Position numbers and translations under genes: made by a program
In this document: positions 13,465 to 27,886 of the stretch, piece by piece
How the letters are laid out: every line of letters begins with the position of its first letter
Numbering within the stretch: the first letter of the stretch is position 1
Assembly (NCBI GenBank): GCA_025201805.1
Contig: MU619255.1
Location: 237,034-301,033 of the forward strand
Source of the DNA: Parasitella parasitica NRRL 2501
Taxonomy: Eukaryota > Fungi > Mucoromycota
Direction of reading: 5' to 3'
DNA length: 64,000 bases
Notes under the pieces: model-generated
What the model saw: the letters and a program-made list of their open reading frames with translations, nothing else
The model's database searches: none
Told to the model about the DNA's origin: nothing

Positions 13465-15093
13465 ATGCTTGTTCTTTACGAGACTGCTGCCGGCTATGCT
13501 TTGTTCAAGCTTGTTGATGATGGCAAGATAGAGAAGCCTGATGAGATCTTCAAGGATTTCGAGACTGTTGAAAAAGCCAATCAAGCGTAAGTGGTTTGCG
13601 AGTTTGAGTTGTGACATGTGTGGGTCTAATTGCAGTTTTGCGTGTAGTATCAAGCTGAAGGCTTTCAAGAAGTTTGAAAACACCACTGATGCTTTGTCTG
13701 CTGTTACTGGTATCGTTGAAGGAAAGATGCCCAAGAATTTGAAAAAATTTTTGGAAACCGAGATTTCCGAAAAGGAGATGAAGAAGGAAAAGCTGGTAAT
13801 CAGTGATCCTAAGCTTGGTATGTTTTTTTATGGTTTTTCTTTTCTTAATTTTTGCAGATGGAGAGTTTTACGGCGATTCTAATGACTTTTGCAGGCTCTT
13901 CTATCAATAAAAAGTTGGGTATCAATGTTTTATCCGACTCCACTGTGCAAGATCTTTACAGAGGTATCCGTCAGCAATTCGAGTCTCTCGTCTCAGGTCT
14001 TTCTCAATCCGATCTCTCCGCCATGTCCCTCGGTCTTTCTCACTCTCTCTCACGTTATAAGCTTAAATTCTCCCCTGACAAGGTTGATACCATGATCGTC
14101 CAAGCTATTGCCCTTTTGGACGATCTTGACAAGGAACTCAATACCTATGCTATGCGTGTCAAGGAGTGGTATGGCTGGCATTTCCCTGAAATGACCAAGA
14201 TCATTGTGGATAACCTTGCCTATGCCAAGGTCGTCAAAGCCATGGGTTTCCGCACCAACGCTCACGATATCAACTTTTCTGACATTCTTCCTGAAGAACT
14301 CGAAATTGAAGTCAAAGAAGCAGCCGAGATTTCCATGGGCACTGAGATCTCTGACGAGGATATCGAAAACATCTTTGCTCTCTGCGATCAAGTGATCAAC
14401 ATTACAGAATATAGAACCCAACTGTACGAATATTTGAAGAATCGTATGAACGCCATTGCCCCCAACCTTACTTCTCTTGTTGGCGAGCTCGTCGGTGCTC
14501 GTTTGATCTCCCACGCTGGTTCTCTCATGAACCTCTCCAAGCAGCCCGCATCTACCATCCAAATTTTGGGCGCTGAAAAGGCTCTTTTCCGTGCCTTAAA
14601 GACCAAGCACAACACACCCAAGTACGGTTTGATCTACCATGCTTCTTTAGTTGGCCAAGCTGGCCCCAAAAACAAGGCCAAGGTTGCCCGCATGGTCGCT
14701 GCTAAAGCTGCCCTGTCCCTTAGAGTGGATGCTCTTGGAGAATCTGAATCTAACGAGGTTGGCGTCGATGGTCGTTCAAAGGTCGAAGCTCGTATTCATA
14801 TGCTCGAAGGCCGTGTCATTGCCAAAGCTAACAAGGATACTAGCATCCAAAACCAATCCAAGTTCAAGCTTAACAAGACCCAACAATACAGTGAGGCTGC
14901 CGATGTTGTAATGAGCGATGCTGCTCCTCTTAAGAGAAAGATTGAAGAAGTTGACGCTGAAGCTGGCTCTGAGGAAGAAGAGCCCAAGAAGGCCAAGAAA
15001 GAAAAGAAGGAGAAAAAGGACAAGAAAGAGAAGAAGGAGAAGAAGGAAAAGAAAGAGAAAAAGGAAAAGAAGGAGAAGAAGAGCAAGGATTAA
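13465..15093 (+). CDS. NOP58: Box C/D snoRNP protein Nop58
   Basis: '[15 protein letters not shown]', '[21 protein letters not shown]', '[22 protein letters not shown]', KKE tail. Introns 13588-13647 and 13818-13894. Confidence 0.97.
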
Positions 15094-16385
15094 ATTATAG
15101 AATTCAAAAAGCAATCAAAAAAAAAATCATATAAAAAGGGACCATTATACATATTCTAAACAGCCAGTTTGGTGCTTCTTTTTCGATCTTTTTATATACA
15201 TATAATCATCACCTACCACTCAATCCACATACTTTGTACGTAATCCTACAAACAAAATCCTCAAAACTGCCATTTTACTGTTGTCATTTCCCTCTTTTTT
15301 TAAAAAAAAATATTATTATACATAAATAAACGTTTAAAAAAACTCCAAAAAAAAAAGGAAACATCATGCCAAGATGATACGTCAATCAATAAAAGAGAAT
15401 TTTTGATTCTGGTGTTTTAAAGATCCTTTTGAGGCAACTATGTTGGTAGGTACTGTACGACTATTAGCTATTTCCATGCATTCATCATAAATTTTATCAG
15501 TAAGCCATTAAAATCCATTTTTTGGGTCGCTACCAGCCATAATCAATAACCTATACCATACGAGTTATTAAGCTGGTTGTTGAAAACAGTCAAACTGTTC
15601 TCCTAGAATAGAGTTACACCGTACCACAAATCGAAACAACCCACAACCTGATCTTCTTGAATCAGAGAACAACCTACTTTATTAGATGCAGTGGACTTTG
15701 GCGTATCTTTTGGTACTAACTTTGTATCGTTTACTCGCTATTTATCCACATTCCAACGATCTTATACGTATCTGACAACTTTTTTTTCCCGTATTCGGTG
15801 AGCTCAAACTTCAAAATCGGAGCGTGCATTTGTTTGGCAATTTTGCAACATAAAATTACCATCAAAATAAATCCTGCTATCTGCTTTATTATCATAAAAA
15901 ATTAGGCGCTTTTGTTGCTTAAATTGAGGCCGTACACTACCTTCAAAGTAGTACTTTCTGCTCACAAAGTGCGAATTAAACGAAGATGGAGAATTCCCTG
16001 GTGACCGAGTTTTCGCCGTACCAAAAATGCATTTACTCACATAACGAATTTTATCAAATAGTGTTTTTTTCTCTTTACAGTAACAAGATCCCTCCATCTA
16101 GATATTATCCTCTTCTTCCTCGTCACTGCTACTCTCGGGTCTCTTTTCTGCCAAGTCCAATACTTTTTTGTGTATGTCTACATCGTCCAAGATGCGTTCA
16201 GGATCGTTTCCGGGAATTTTAAGATGGGCTTTAATTATGTTTCGCATTATTATTTTTTTTTTATTTCCTATATCATTTTTAAATTTACTGCATTTTTCAC
16301 AGCTTTACTATTTCCAAGGATTCTGACTCACCTGCTGCTGATCCTGGAATCAACTCTTCTAGCGGATCTCATGCTTCGTTGAAGG

Positions 16386-17945
16386 TTGCAACCTGGTAGT
16401 GCCGATGCTTCTTCTCGTGAGGCGCAAACAGCCACAATGAAGCCTGAGGAGATACGTCTGAAGAGTATTACAGTCGCTTTGCTCTTGCTATGCTGTAAGA
16501 CAAGTTATTCGTCCAAAGACTCTACTTTGGGCGATACATTTCCTCTTGGGTTTTCCAGCCTATTGGAAAATCCAAATCAACACAATTCGGTGTCCATTGA
16601 TCTCGTCTGCTTCCTCGTTGTCTTGGTGCAGATCTCCGTGAGTGGTTAATTGAGTACCGGAGGGTTACGTTGGGGTGAGACGTTGACCTGGGAGGTTATC
16701 AAGACTTCCATGGTGCTACGATATGGTGTTCCTAAGGAACAGCTTCGCTTGCCTCGGATTCGTGCTTTCCTAAACTGTTGCATCCGCAACGATGAGGTCG
16801 TGGACTCTTTCTTAGAGAGATTCAAGAAACTCCAAGTCAAGGCGGAGGTTAAAGACCCGTACGTTGTTTGTACGGTGCTCTTTGACTCTTTTCCATTGTC
16901 CTTTTGGAATGTGGTGTCCGTGTCAATGTCTCAGGTGCCTGAAAAGAAGTTCTATGACCCAGAGTACATGGTCAATGTTCTGCGCCGTATCGCACATTCT
17001 GTGGATACTAAGAATGGTACTCTGGTTCCCGACGGGTTGAAAAACCGTAAGCGTGGCCTAGACGAGGGAAATAGGCGCCCTCATAGTGATGATTTTGGGA
17101 AGGACAGCAAGAAGTCCAAGTGGGCTCCTGGTGGTTCTGGTGGCTGGTGGCTCTGGTTCGTCTGTTTCTGAGGGCAGACCAACGGGCAAACGTTGTTGGA
17201 AATGCAATTCCAACAACTGGTCTCGCCAACATGTTTGCGGGACGGGCATCAGATCCAAGGGATCTGCTAAGGTGTTGCGTGTGTTGTCATCGGCTTCTTC
17301 TCCTTCTTCTTCTTCGTATGTCTCTTCTGTTGACACCGCTGTCAATCTTGCTGTTCTGTCTGCTGCTGCTGGGTCTCGTAGTGGTGCTTCGTCTGCTTTT
17401 GCAGGTGATGTCGTTTCGTCTGATGAGGACGATGTTTCTTCTGGGTTGGCTCTGGATGAGCCAATGGAAGATGTAATTGGTCTTGGTGACCTGAAGGGTA
17501 GAGCTTCTACCCTCGTTTCGACAATGGCCAAAGTTTCGGTCAGAGATGATGCTGCTGCGATTACAGCTTTGAATGCTCAGGATTGTAAGTTTGACGTAAG
17601 GTTTAGCGCGGCTCCAGCTATGAAAACCAATTGCATTTGTGTTCCTATTGTGGTGCAAAATGTATTGTGCTTTGGCTTGGTTGATAGTGGAGCTACTTTT
17701 AGTTGCATTACTAATGAATTCTTTACGTTTTTAGGAGGGCAGTCAATATCGACGTTCTAGCCTGCTGCTGGTATTGTCCAGCTTGGACATGTCTCGTCTT
17801 CTGTATCTCGTGTGGGGTCAGTTGACCTTAATATTTTTTATAATAAAAATGCTGTAAAAAATGAATTTGAAGTTTTTGATTTTTATTCAAATGAGAATGT
17901 ACATATTCTGCTTGCCCTTGACATTTTGTCGAAGACAGGCACCTG
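16386..17945 (+). mobile_element. Decayed, 3'-truncated Ty3/gypsy LTR retrotransposon (gag, zinc knuckle, aspartic protease)
   Basis: Gag-like ORF 16650-17171. Frameshifted ORF with 'CWKCNSNNWSRQHVC' and 'LVDSGATFS'. After the in-frame TAG (17758-17760) reading continues to 'HILLALDIL' (protease ILGxD motif). No RT or integrase follows. Confidence 0.8.
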
Positions 17946-18509
17946 GTTTTAGTGGTTCAATCTCTGTTTTTCGGTTACTTTTGTTGTTTAAACTGATTTT
18001 ACACATAACTTTTGATAGACAAATCACCCCGTGGAAACCAAGCTTTGCTCAAATAGCCCTGATTGTGCCTCTTTTAATCAAAGGTAAGCCAATCTATACT
18101 TTGCTTTTAATCAAAACCTATTAATGTTTACATTCCATTTTCACTTGAAATTTTTGTTTTTCGTTGATAACTTTACAGATGTTAACATTTTCATCAAAAG
18201 AAGTATTTTTATTAGATATCGCTGAATTTTTCCCAGGGTTGGTCTTGAAGATGGATTTGAGATAGGTTTTTATAACACTAATATGAGATAAATCACTGGA
18301 TATTAGTAAGCTATTAACAAAATTGAGCAACTCCTTGTTTTTAGAGAACTGTTCAAAATTATCAAAATTGGGAAGATTCTATCGTTTTGGGAGCAAGAAG
18401 AAAGCACAGGAAAAAATCTAGATTACATTAACCATCTAGCATATTGGAAATACATTTGCTTTTGGATTCATTTATTTACATATCGCAGTACATTTTATAA
18501 GAGAATGAA

Positions 18510-21500
18510 TTACAATGTGTTATCTTTCTTGATCAAAGGATCACTGCTTGATCTGGAATTTTGAGTGTTAGGTCTAGAAATATTATGTGCAGCTTCTTCA
18601 TTGTCTTCCGTCTCAGCAGTAAGAGGAAAAATAGCAGGCGAACTGAGCCCGCTGTGCGCCATCTCCATTCGGTGCTGAGGCATCAAGTAATCACTGTTAA
18701 ATCCATGCGAGCGTCTGCGCTCAGGATGGTGATAATACACTTGATGGATCGATTTTGTAGTACTTGATTTCGCGCCATCGCTTCCGCTACCACCACTACC
18801 TTCGCTATCTTGGCGATGAGGATCTCGTGAAATGGTTCCGCGTTCGATTTGATCCAATGTAGCATCGTCTGCATTATTCTGCTCGTTTTTCAAATGCTGT
18901 AAACGGAAATCACCTGCAGATGTATGCTCAGCCTTGGCGCTGGGTTGCTTGATCTGGCCTCGTTTAAACATGGAACGCAGAAGATTGATTTTGGGGTGAG
19001 CAGGTTTGACACTGGCAATAGAGACAGCATCGTCATGTGCCGTCTTGCGTGCTTTGGTGAAAAGTTTATCATCTCTTTGCTTGGATGCGCTTTTGGTTGC
19101 AGGTAGAGTGTCAGAAGCAGAATCCGCTGTCCTATTTTCACCTTCAATTCTTCGCAGAATTTCAGCCAAATGCTGTGCCAGATTGCCGCCACTACCATCC
19201 TGATGGTTATGGACGAAATCGGACTTGCGACGTCCTACGGGAGGTCTTCGGGCTTCTTCGCCCTTGACAGGCATTTTAACAGGCAGCCACAGTTGAGGCA
19301 AATAGCCGACTAGAAGAGGATTACCATACTTTTTAAGACCAGCATCCAAAAGACCAGGATTGAGTTGCATAGGCGGCTGACGATAATCAGTCGATTTATC
19401 AGGTGTAGCTTCGTAGTCGTCTTCATCCAATGCAACCTTTCGGTGGCGAGGGCGAAGAATAGTAGACTTGCTGTCAGTCTTGGAGCCAGTGGGGGCCAGC
19501 TGGGGCTTAAGGTTGACAGCTGACAGAGCGGCTTTCTTCCAACGGCTGCGAACTTCATTCTTCTTCTCCTCTTCTGCTTTTTTGTCCTGGATCATCTTGG
19601 CTTGTTTTTCAGCTTCATTCACTCGTTCGTCGCAAGATGAACCTTCTTCATCGGAATCTTCATCGTTGGAATCTTCGTCGTCTGACGTGGGCAACTTGTG
19701 CAGGTTATCCTGAAGCAGCTGCATGGGCAGATTATGTGCACTTTGGTAATAAGCTCTATTAAGAATATAACGGAATAGAAAAGTGATAAAGATGAGAGGG
19801 ACGAGGAGACCGCCAAGCACATACGACCCTCTAATCAAGAAGAGGCCCATCATGGTCAATTGAAATAGAACAAGAGTAAATATAACACGAGGGATCACCA
19901 TGGTCCAAAGTTTACCAGCGGCTTCGTAAGGGCGAAAGTAGACTAAGTGTAGAGATCATTAGTACATGTCTTTTTAGCAAATGCAAACGCTCAGAATTAC
20001 CATATAAAAATTGGTATTTGTACACAACGTAAGTAAAACAAAAGTAAATTGTACCAAACAGCAAAACCAAGGGACACATGAGAGAGTATTCAAATACAAT
20101 GGCAAATACTAGCAGAGGTGCAGGATAGCCAATTCCGTAATTGAAAGCCCAAGGTGCACGGTTTTCCGCATGATCTCTTGGCGTGCTGCAGAGGAACAAA
20201 TGGTTGAAGCCACGAATGATGATTGCACCAAGCAGCAACAGGTTCAAAGGCATACTATCGAGAAATATGTAAATCATCCTGTCTAAAGAAAGCAATCCTT
20301 CTGTTATATACTTGCATTAAAAACCCTTGCAAAATAGTATAGTTGACAAAGAAGGGAGCAATCTAACTTATGGTGAGTGGCCCTAGAAATCTGATAAAAT
20401 TTGTTTTCTTTTCTCAACTTACTGTAGGTAAAGCCTTGGCTAAAATTCGAGGTATTTCTTGGGGGTCGTTGGCAACCATGCTTAGAAGGGTGATTAGCGT
20501 TGAATCAACGACCGAGTACGATATCAAGGTCAAGAAAATCAAGAAAAAGTATTGCTTACTGAGTGTTGATTCAGCAATTGCACTTCGAGATCTTAAGCCC
20601 TGATAGTACCCCATGGCTAATTTACAATGACATTAATACAAACCGCTGCAAAACTATATGTGTGAAAACTTACTGTCAAAGAGCAAAGGCAAAACCGACG
20701 TAAAAATATTGAGGATTAGAGGAGGAATGAATGAGTTAAAGATCAATGCAACGGCAGGAATCGATTCCATACGTTCACCAAGAGAATTGTTCAATTTCTT
20801 GATGTTGGCAATACTGAGAAGTGCTGAGACGCCAAAGACAGGAACAAACCAAGTGAGACAGATCAAGACGGTGATGGCCCAAATAATCGACTCACGAACG
20901 ATTCTTTCGCGGCCACGGATAGCAATTGCGCTCCACAACACATCTCTAGGCTCACAAGCCATACCGGTACGACATACAAAGGGCTCAGGGCTGATGGCAA
21001 TCTGAGATGCAGTAATCTGGACATGTGTTTAGCCTAACTGATGCAATTGTATGGCCCTTTTTTTTACACTTACAGCACTGCTCATAGATTCAAAAGTGAC
21101 AAAGGCGACATTGGTCATTTCAAAGTTGGGCGAGTTTCGTTGATCCATCACGACTTTATCCAAATCATCAAACAGCTTTGTGTAATATTCAATAGCGTCA
21201 ACTTTTTTACCGCCTATTCCCAGAAATCCACCTACACGAGCAGTAGGCCGCTTTGATTTTGTGGTCTTCTTTATGCTGATTGGCTCGACAAGCCCTTTAA
21301 AAAACGTCGTATTGCCCAGTCTTTTCTTGAGCTTTTTCACTTTTACAGTGGAAGATCTCTCAGATCTATCATCCTCTTCTTCCTCATCACTGCTGCTCTC
21401 GGGCCTCTTTTCTGCCAGGTCCAATACTTTTTTGTACATGTCTACATCGTCCAAGATGCGGTCAGGATCGTATCCAGGAATTCTACACGGGTTACCCCAA

Positions 21501-22643
21501 TATTTCGCATACGCTTTTTCCAAGTTGGTCAACGCTTGCGCTCTTTTTTTGATCATGGTATGCAATCGGTGGACTGTTCGTACGACATAGCAGCTTTCGA
21601 CGGGACCAATCCCCAAATTCTCGTAGTAATCCGCCAAGCTCTGATCAGACCTCAAGTGGTCGGGAATGCCAGTAACAATGACAGATCGAGAAACCATGGA
21701 TTTCGACTGCTTCAAGAGATACTTTGCCCGAAGGTAAATGTAGTCATTGTAGTTTTGGTTTAAAAAGTAAAATGTAATGAACGTAAACACATACGCAAAA
21801 ACGAGATAAGCGATAATTTTGTTGGAGTCATTCTCGATAACTGAAATCGACACCCTCTCAAGTGCTGTCGTAGTGTTGCCCAAATGTGTGTAATCCGAAG
21901 TCATGGTGATTGGTATAAATACGACAAGGCCAAAGAATGTGCAGACGGCAAAGATTTTGATGCCCATAACTACAAACTTCAACATCTGTTTGTTGTCGCG
22001 CATAAGTTACACATGTCCCTTTTTTCTTTTTCTTTTTTTTTTTTTTTTACCAGCAAAGCATCCAAGCCAACATTAATCAGCATTTCTTCATCACTGATTT
22101 TTAATAAAGGCCATATCCAACCAAACAAAGATGTCGGCAATTCAGGTGGTTTATGTCTACAACAAAGGTTGATTTAATATAAACACTTTCGCAGTAGCAA
22201 GGATGCGTGTATCACGTATTTTACCGTTTCATGTTTGCTCGAGGAGAAAACAACACTGGTACTCTAATCAATTGTTGAGATTTCGATGCTGATTGGGAAT
22301 CAATAATGGGCATTTACCTTGTTCTGAATATACAGAAGATGAGGAAGAAGATTATGCCAATTATGACACATATAGTAAATTGAGACCCAATATTGGCCGT
22401 ATGTCTGGCATCGTCTAGATATTTCTCTCCTATACGAAAATCCAAGTCAAAGCCTGGACCTTTGGATTGTGTTGGAGAAGGTTCTTCTGACGATGTGGCT
22501 GTTGATGTGAATTGACTGCTGCTGGTAGCCGACGCAATGGTGCTGGATATATTGTTGGATATAATCGATGATATTGTTGGGGATATAATGGAGGACAAAC
22601 TCGCAGTTATCGTTGAACCTGACGGTTCAAGCGTAACTGACAT
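18510..22643 (-). CDS. OSCA/TMEM63/CSC1 (Rsn1/Phm7-like) mechanosensitive Ca2+-permeable channel
   Basis: 'SRSVIVTGIP', 'GGKKVDAIEYY', 'AFVTFES', 'ACEPRDVLWS', 'FNYGIGYP', 'YKYQFLY' and multiple TM helices. About 9 exons. Confidence 0.92.
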
Positions 22644-24245
22644 TCCTTAATTACAAATTGGCAAGGAGAACAAGAAGAGAAAAAATGAACAAGAATCATT
22701 TAATGTATTTTATGTGATCGCAATCGTCCCTCAATCTCAGCCCATCACATAAATTATGAAAAACCAAGCATCATCGTCATACAGAAATTGGTCTATGACC
22801 ATTTTGTAGTTTCCAGCCGAAAGGGTGTATTCCTGTTGCTCTCATGTCACTTTTCTCTTATTTGTTTCTTGCGCTAACAGCTATGGCTTCTTTCAACAGC
22901 TTGCTTTTCTAGCATGGTTTGGAACCCTTAGAGTGGTGGCTTTCATCCTAATTTTACCTTGGTACGATTAAAACTCATGTTTAAAAGAAACCCACTCATG
23001 TCAGATGACTTGATTCAGTATACCTCCATTGTCTGATAGCGCCAAGGGGTTTTTTTGATCAATTCAACATGCAAAATCATGACATTTGGTTTAGTAAAAA
23101 ATGCAACGAACAAGGAATTATTTGTGTGAACCAGAAATGTGAAAATATACAAGATTGGGAACTGAGAGAGGATGATATTTTCTTTTCAAAATGATATATT
23201 GATGAAATCACCACTAGTCATCGCAGGGACAAGTATAAACTAAGAGGACTATATTGTTGGCCATTGCTATGTATAGTTTAAAGTTTGAGACCATGGCCAC
23301 GATTGGATTAGATTATGAACCATGTAACTATCATAAAATGATCACGAAACTAGGGTAATTCAACTTTTGAATGTTAAATTTGACTTTTTGTTGCATTATC
23401 AGAGCATGTATGACGAAATCCAATATGCCGTAGTAAGCTAAATTACTTTATAACATACTTCGCAGAGCCAAGTTGTGTGGTCTACTCGTTACTCAGTACC
23501 CCTACAATCTCCTTTATTGTTATTTAATGAGTTCTATTCATTTTTATCTTTCCGGGCCAAATCTTGCCATTATTGAATATATCTACATAGTCTTCAACAA
23601 TTTAAATACGAACACCCAATAGTTGTCTTGGCATATACGTTTTTGATGATCATAAGGATAAGGATAATATTATTATGCTATTTTATATTTGTAAGTTGAG
23701 CCGAGCTTTGGATGTGAACTTGAATCTATCAATTCTCCTGAATTAATTCAAACTAGAAAAAGTTTTGGAGATACGGAGCAACAATGATTCCGCCGCAATT
23801 CTGGATTTTTCAGCCGTTAACATTGCCAAGTAGCTAACTCACTTCCTATGTTGGCAAAATTTTCATACAGGTCGCCATTGCTATCGTCGATTGAGGCCAT
23901 GTTGTTGAAAAATATCAAATGAAAATGGCTCAAGGTTCAACTGATTATTGCATTTATTTTCTACTTGGATAAATTTCTGTAAATAAATCAAATATTTGCA
24001 AGAAATCTTTTTGACAGGAAAGTAATAAAGATCATAAAATTTGTTCGGGAACCCCAGATTGAGCAGCTGATCTTGTGCAATTATTCCAAATGCACATATG
24101 TTTTCTGAGGAATTTTTATTCATTGAGTCTGCTACAACTTTTTTTTTCTTTTTTATTCCCCGGATATATCCAAGCTTTGGAAACCTTTTTTTTTTTTTTT
24201 TTTTTTTTTTTTTNNNNNNNNNNAATAGTAGCTGCAGTAGTAACA

Positions 24246-25728
24246 ATGACTGATATGAGAAATGTCAACAATTGGTATATTGTAGAGTCACAAAGCTAAT
24301 TGATGATTAACTAATTTGTAATGTATAGGCATTGGTAAGATACAGCAGCACAGCAAATGCATTGCTTAATTTATAAATTCATAGGGTTAACAAAGACTGC
24401 AGACATTGGGCAGAGTGTTATTTGACAGAAAAGTTAGTCGGCACATCCGTCGATAAGGACGATTTACACGTAGTCATCACTAGTTTAGATAAATGCGAAG
24501 GCGATGTAGACCTCAATCAAAGAAAGGGCAAGTTGTTGGCAATTTACGATGTAGCTTTAAAGTTAAGCTGGAAAGGTATATCCAATACGCCTGTGCGTGT
24601 TTCTGTTTATATAACACCATTTTGCAGGAAAGTCAAACGATGGGTCTCTTGTGTTTGGTGATATCACGGTACCTGAAGTTGCTTACGATTCAGATATTGA
24701 TAGCTACGTGGTAAGGAAGCCGTTAGGTTAACATGTGTAACAAGAAATGACTCATGCACATTTATACCCACAAGTTTATCATCCAAATTAACAGCGGCTC
24801 AGGAGATGAAATTAAAAGACTAATTCGATCTGATCTTACGCCCTTACTTGCAGCAAAGTTTTCCCATCTGACTCGTGATTTAGTTGAGAGTAAGTTTTCT
24901 TGGAATTTGATAAATCGAGTATGTATTGATATGCATAACAATGTACCAGAACATAGCTCTGATTTATATGCGGATAAAAACTCTACGCCGCCAACACCTA
25001 CACTAGTACAAAGGAAGAATCTGACGCAACAAGCAGCTACATCAACACCTATCAAAAAGACGGTAGCCGACGAAAAAGTAATCAAGACCAGTATCATTGA
25101 GCATTCGTATGACTTTATTGGAGCGACACCCAGAGACATTTACGAGGCTTTGTTAGACGCTCAACGTGCTAATATTTGGTCACATGGAAAGGCTAAAGTG
25201 TCAAAACGCATTGGCTCCGAGTTTGCGATGTTTGATGACAATGTTCACGGCACTTTGATGCAAGCAGTAAGGCATCTATACATATCTGGATGAATATCGT
25301 GCTGACACGAGTATATAGATACCTGGAAAGAGTATTATGCAAACATGGAGGCTTAAAACTTGGCCTAAAGGTGAGGATTTTCGAGCGGATGGTCAATCAA
25401 TTGGCTAAAACTTCCATTTTCGATAAAAGATCATTACTCCACAGTAATGCTGAAATTCATAGAAACTCGGGATGGTGTTACAGTAAACGTAAATCAAGTT
25501 GGCGTACCTGTTGGACAAGAAGATCTAATTCGAAACAATTGGACGCGGTACTACTGGAATAGCATTAAAGAAAGCTTGACTAAGGGACAGCTGCAGCATT
25601 TGCCAATTCAGAATGACCCATTATTACTTGGTTTGATTGATCCAAAACATCTGGTCCTGAGTGTTTTTCTAATAGTTTTGATCCTTGCATTTACTGCCTA
25701 CAACGTAGCTCCAACAATAAAGTTATAA
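24246..25728 (+). CDS. AHA1: Hsp90 co-chaperone Aha1 with C-terminal hydrophobic extension
   Basis: NVNNWHW motif (assembled via a 6-nt micro-exon), 'NQRKGK', START-like C-domain 'WRLKTWP...GVPVGQED...NWTRYYWNSIK'. 7 exons. Confidence 0.9.
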
Positions 25729-26274
25729 CGAATTATAGTCCTAGGCATACATTCACGTAATGCTATTTCTGGGTATAGGATCCCACCCGAGGTTTTTTTC
25801 TTCTTGGTAGCTCTGGCTTTTAAGCGAGTCTCGTCTTCATGCTTCACATATAGAGCGATTGGCCATGGCACACCACTGCTTGTGTTACGAAAATGAAAGC
25901 ATCCTGTGATATGATACTAACCTTCTCAGCTTGAGAAAATTGTGCATTTTCATTCATAAACGCATGTTCTAGATGTTAAAATTAGCAGAATCTACGCCAA
26001 GGTTCATTGCGAAATTAAATTGTTTAATTTTACAAATAANNNNNNNNNNAAAAAAAAAGCCTAAAAATGTGGGGTGGGGTAAAAGATTTCGTCCAGGCAC
26101 CAATTGTACTCAAATGGTATAAAGTATAAAAAGCTACTGATAGAACCGGGCCTTTCTTTATCCCTCTCTTTTCTTTTGTTAATCCCTTTTGTTTGCTTTC
26201 TTTGTATAATCCTCTCCTTTTTATTAGATACGAATTATACTCATAAATCACCATTGCCGTACAACCAATTCAAA

Positions 26275-26932
26275 ATGAGGCACGCTGTATTATGTGATGA
26301 ACTAGATAATATAACTCAGTCATACGATTACGGTATTGTGCCTGGCTCGGCAACTGTATTTGTCAGAGACGAATTGAACAACATTGGAAGACTGGATTTG
26401 ACATTGCTGGAGGGTGTCATGATTGTAGTGGAGGTCTCTGAAGAAGGATATAAGGTAGAACTTAGTAAGATTAAGGTTGTGTGGGAGAATATACGGAGTT
26501 GAAACTAACACCTATTACCCAAAGGTGGGATCATGTTCACCACTCTCAAGCACAAGTACTGCACTTGCTACTGCTCAGATTGTGCAAAAAAACCTTGAAG
26601 TTCCATTTGAAACCATGGATAACTTATTAATGGCTATTTCACCCATGTTTCGCGAAAGGTTTCAACAAGCACTTTATGATAAATTAGAGAGTGTTCATCG
26701 ACACCAACAACAGCCATCGACAATGTCGACATCTATGCCAACAACAACAGCCGAAACGTCAATACCACCATTAGCATCAGGTTCTTCATTTCAGCAGAAT
26801 TCTACTCCACATATATTATTACAGCAACCTTCATCATTACAAAATACGCAACCTCCAATACAAGATCACTCTGCATTAGATATAACTACTCAAGATTTGT
26901 TTGATGATATTCATAATTGGCTGCATCAATAA
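26275..26932 (+). CDS. GSKIP: GSKIP (DUF727) domain protein
   Basis: 'LTLLEG..IVVEVSEEGYKV' and 'FETMDNLLMAISPMFRERFQQALYDKL' match the GSKIP core. Intron 26455-26524. Confidence 0.8.
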
Positions 26933-27886
26933 ATAAACGAGAGTGGGGAAGAGACAAGGAAAAGTTTGATTTTCAATACACGAATATACATGTGATATTA
27001 ATTTTAGGTCTAATATGCATTTTTTTTAGCAATAATTAAGTTCTTGATGTGTATTCCTTTTCACTTTCTTTGCATTTGGCATATAACAGCTCGAGTTTCG
27101 TGGATTTTCTCTCGAAGTTGATAATTCAAGGGAAAGAGCAAAATACGATGTCAGGAAACATGAAGAATGATAGTAATGATCATTGCAAAACATTATTTAT
27201 CCAGTAACAGGATCACGAAGTTCGTTTACTGCGCACATAAAACAACATTTGAGCAAATGCGTTTACGCAATTTCGAGTATCCTTAAATCGATATAGTTAT
27301 GTTAAATGTACGTGTGCTAATTGCGCCCATATACATTATATACGTATTTAGTATTCGGATTTTACCGACTAAATTGATTTTAAGGCTTTCCAGATGATTT
27401 TTGGTAAGAAACCTATGTTCATTCTTTGTTTGCACATTTGCTCCTAAATCAAACACATTATCACACTCAAGTCATAGTACTCTAATGCAGTATCAAGTAC
27501 CATTTTCAAATCTAATGCCACTATACAACTAGGCGGTTGTATGAAAACATTAGAGTCAATGTCTTTAGTGTTTTGCAAGCGTCATGAAAGATTCACATTC
27601 TACCGTTGACATTACAACCAAATTTAAAATGTGAGTGCCGCACACAGTTCGTATATTTGACACTGATGTCATTCTCATTTATTTCTTTCGATACAATCAA
27701 GATCTTTGATACAAAAAATGGTCAAATTAATAAACGTTATCTTTTAATATGTATCTTGTTCTTAGAATCCCATATTAATTACGACATGCACATGCCAGCT
27801 TGTCCATGTCGAAGAATCTACCGTTTACCATTTTCTCTCATTTGCATCCGGCTCGGACATTTTGTCAAAATAATCGCAAAAAATAT

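Noticed and set aside
15804-16097. 'PGNSP' resembling the Tc1 WPGNSPDLNPIE motif
   Set aside because: Flanking residues do not match.
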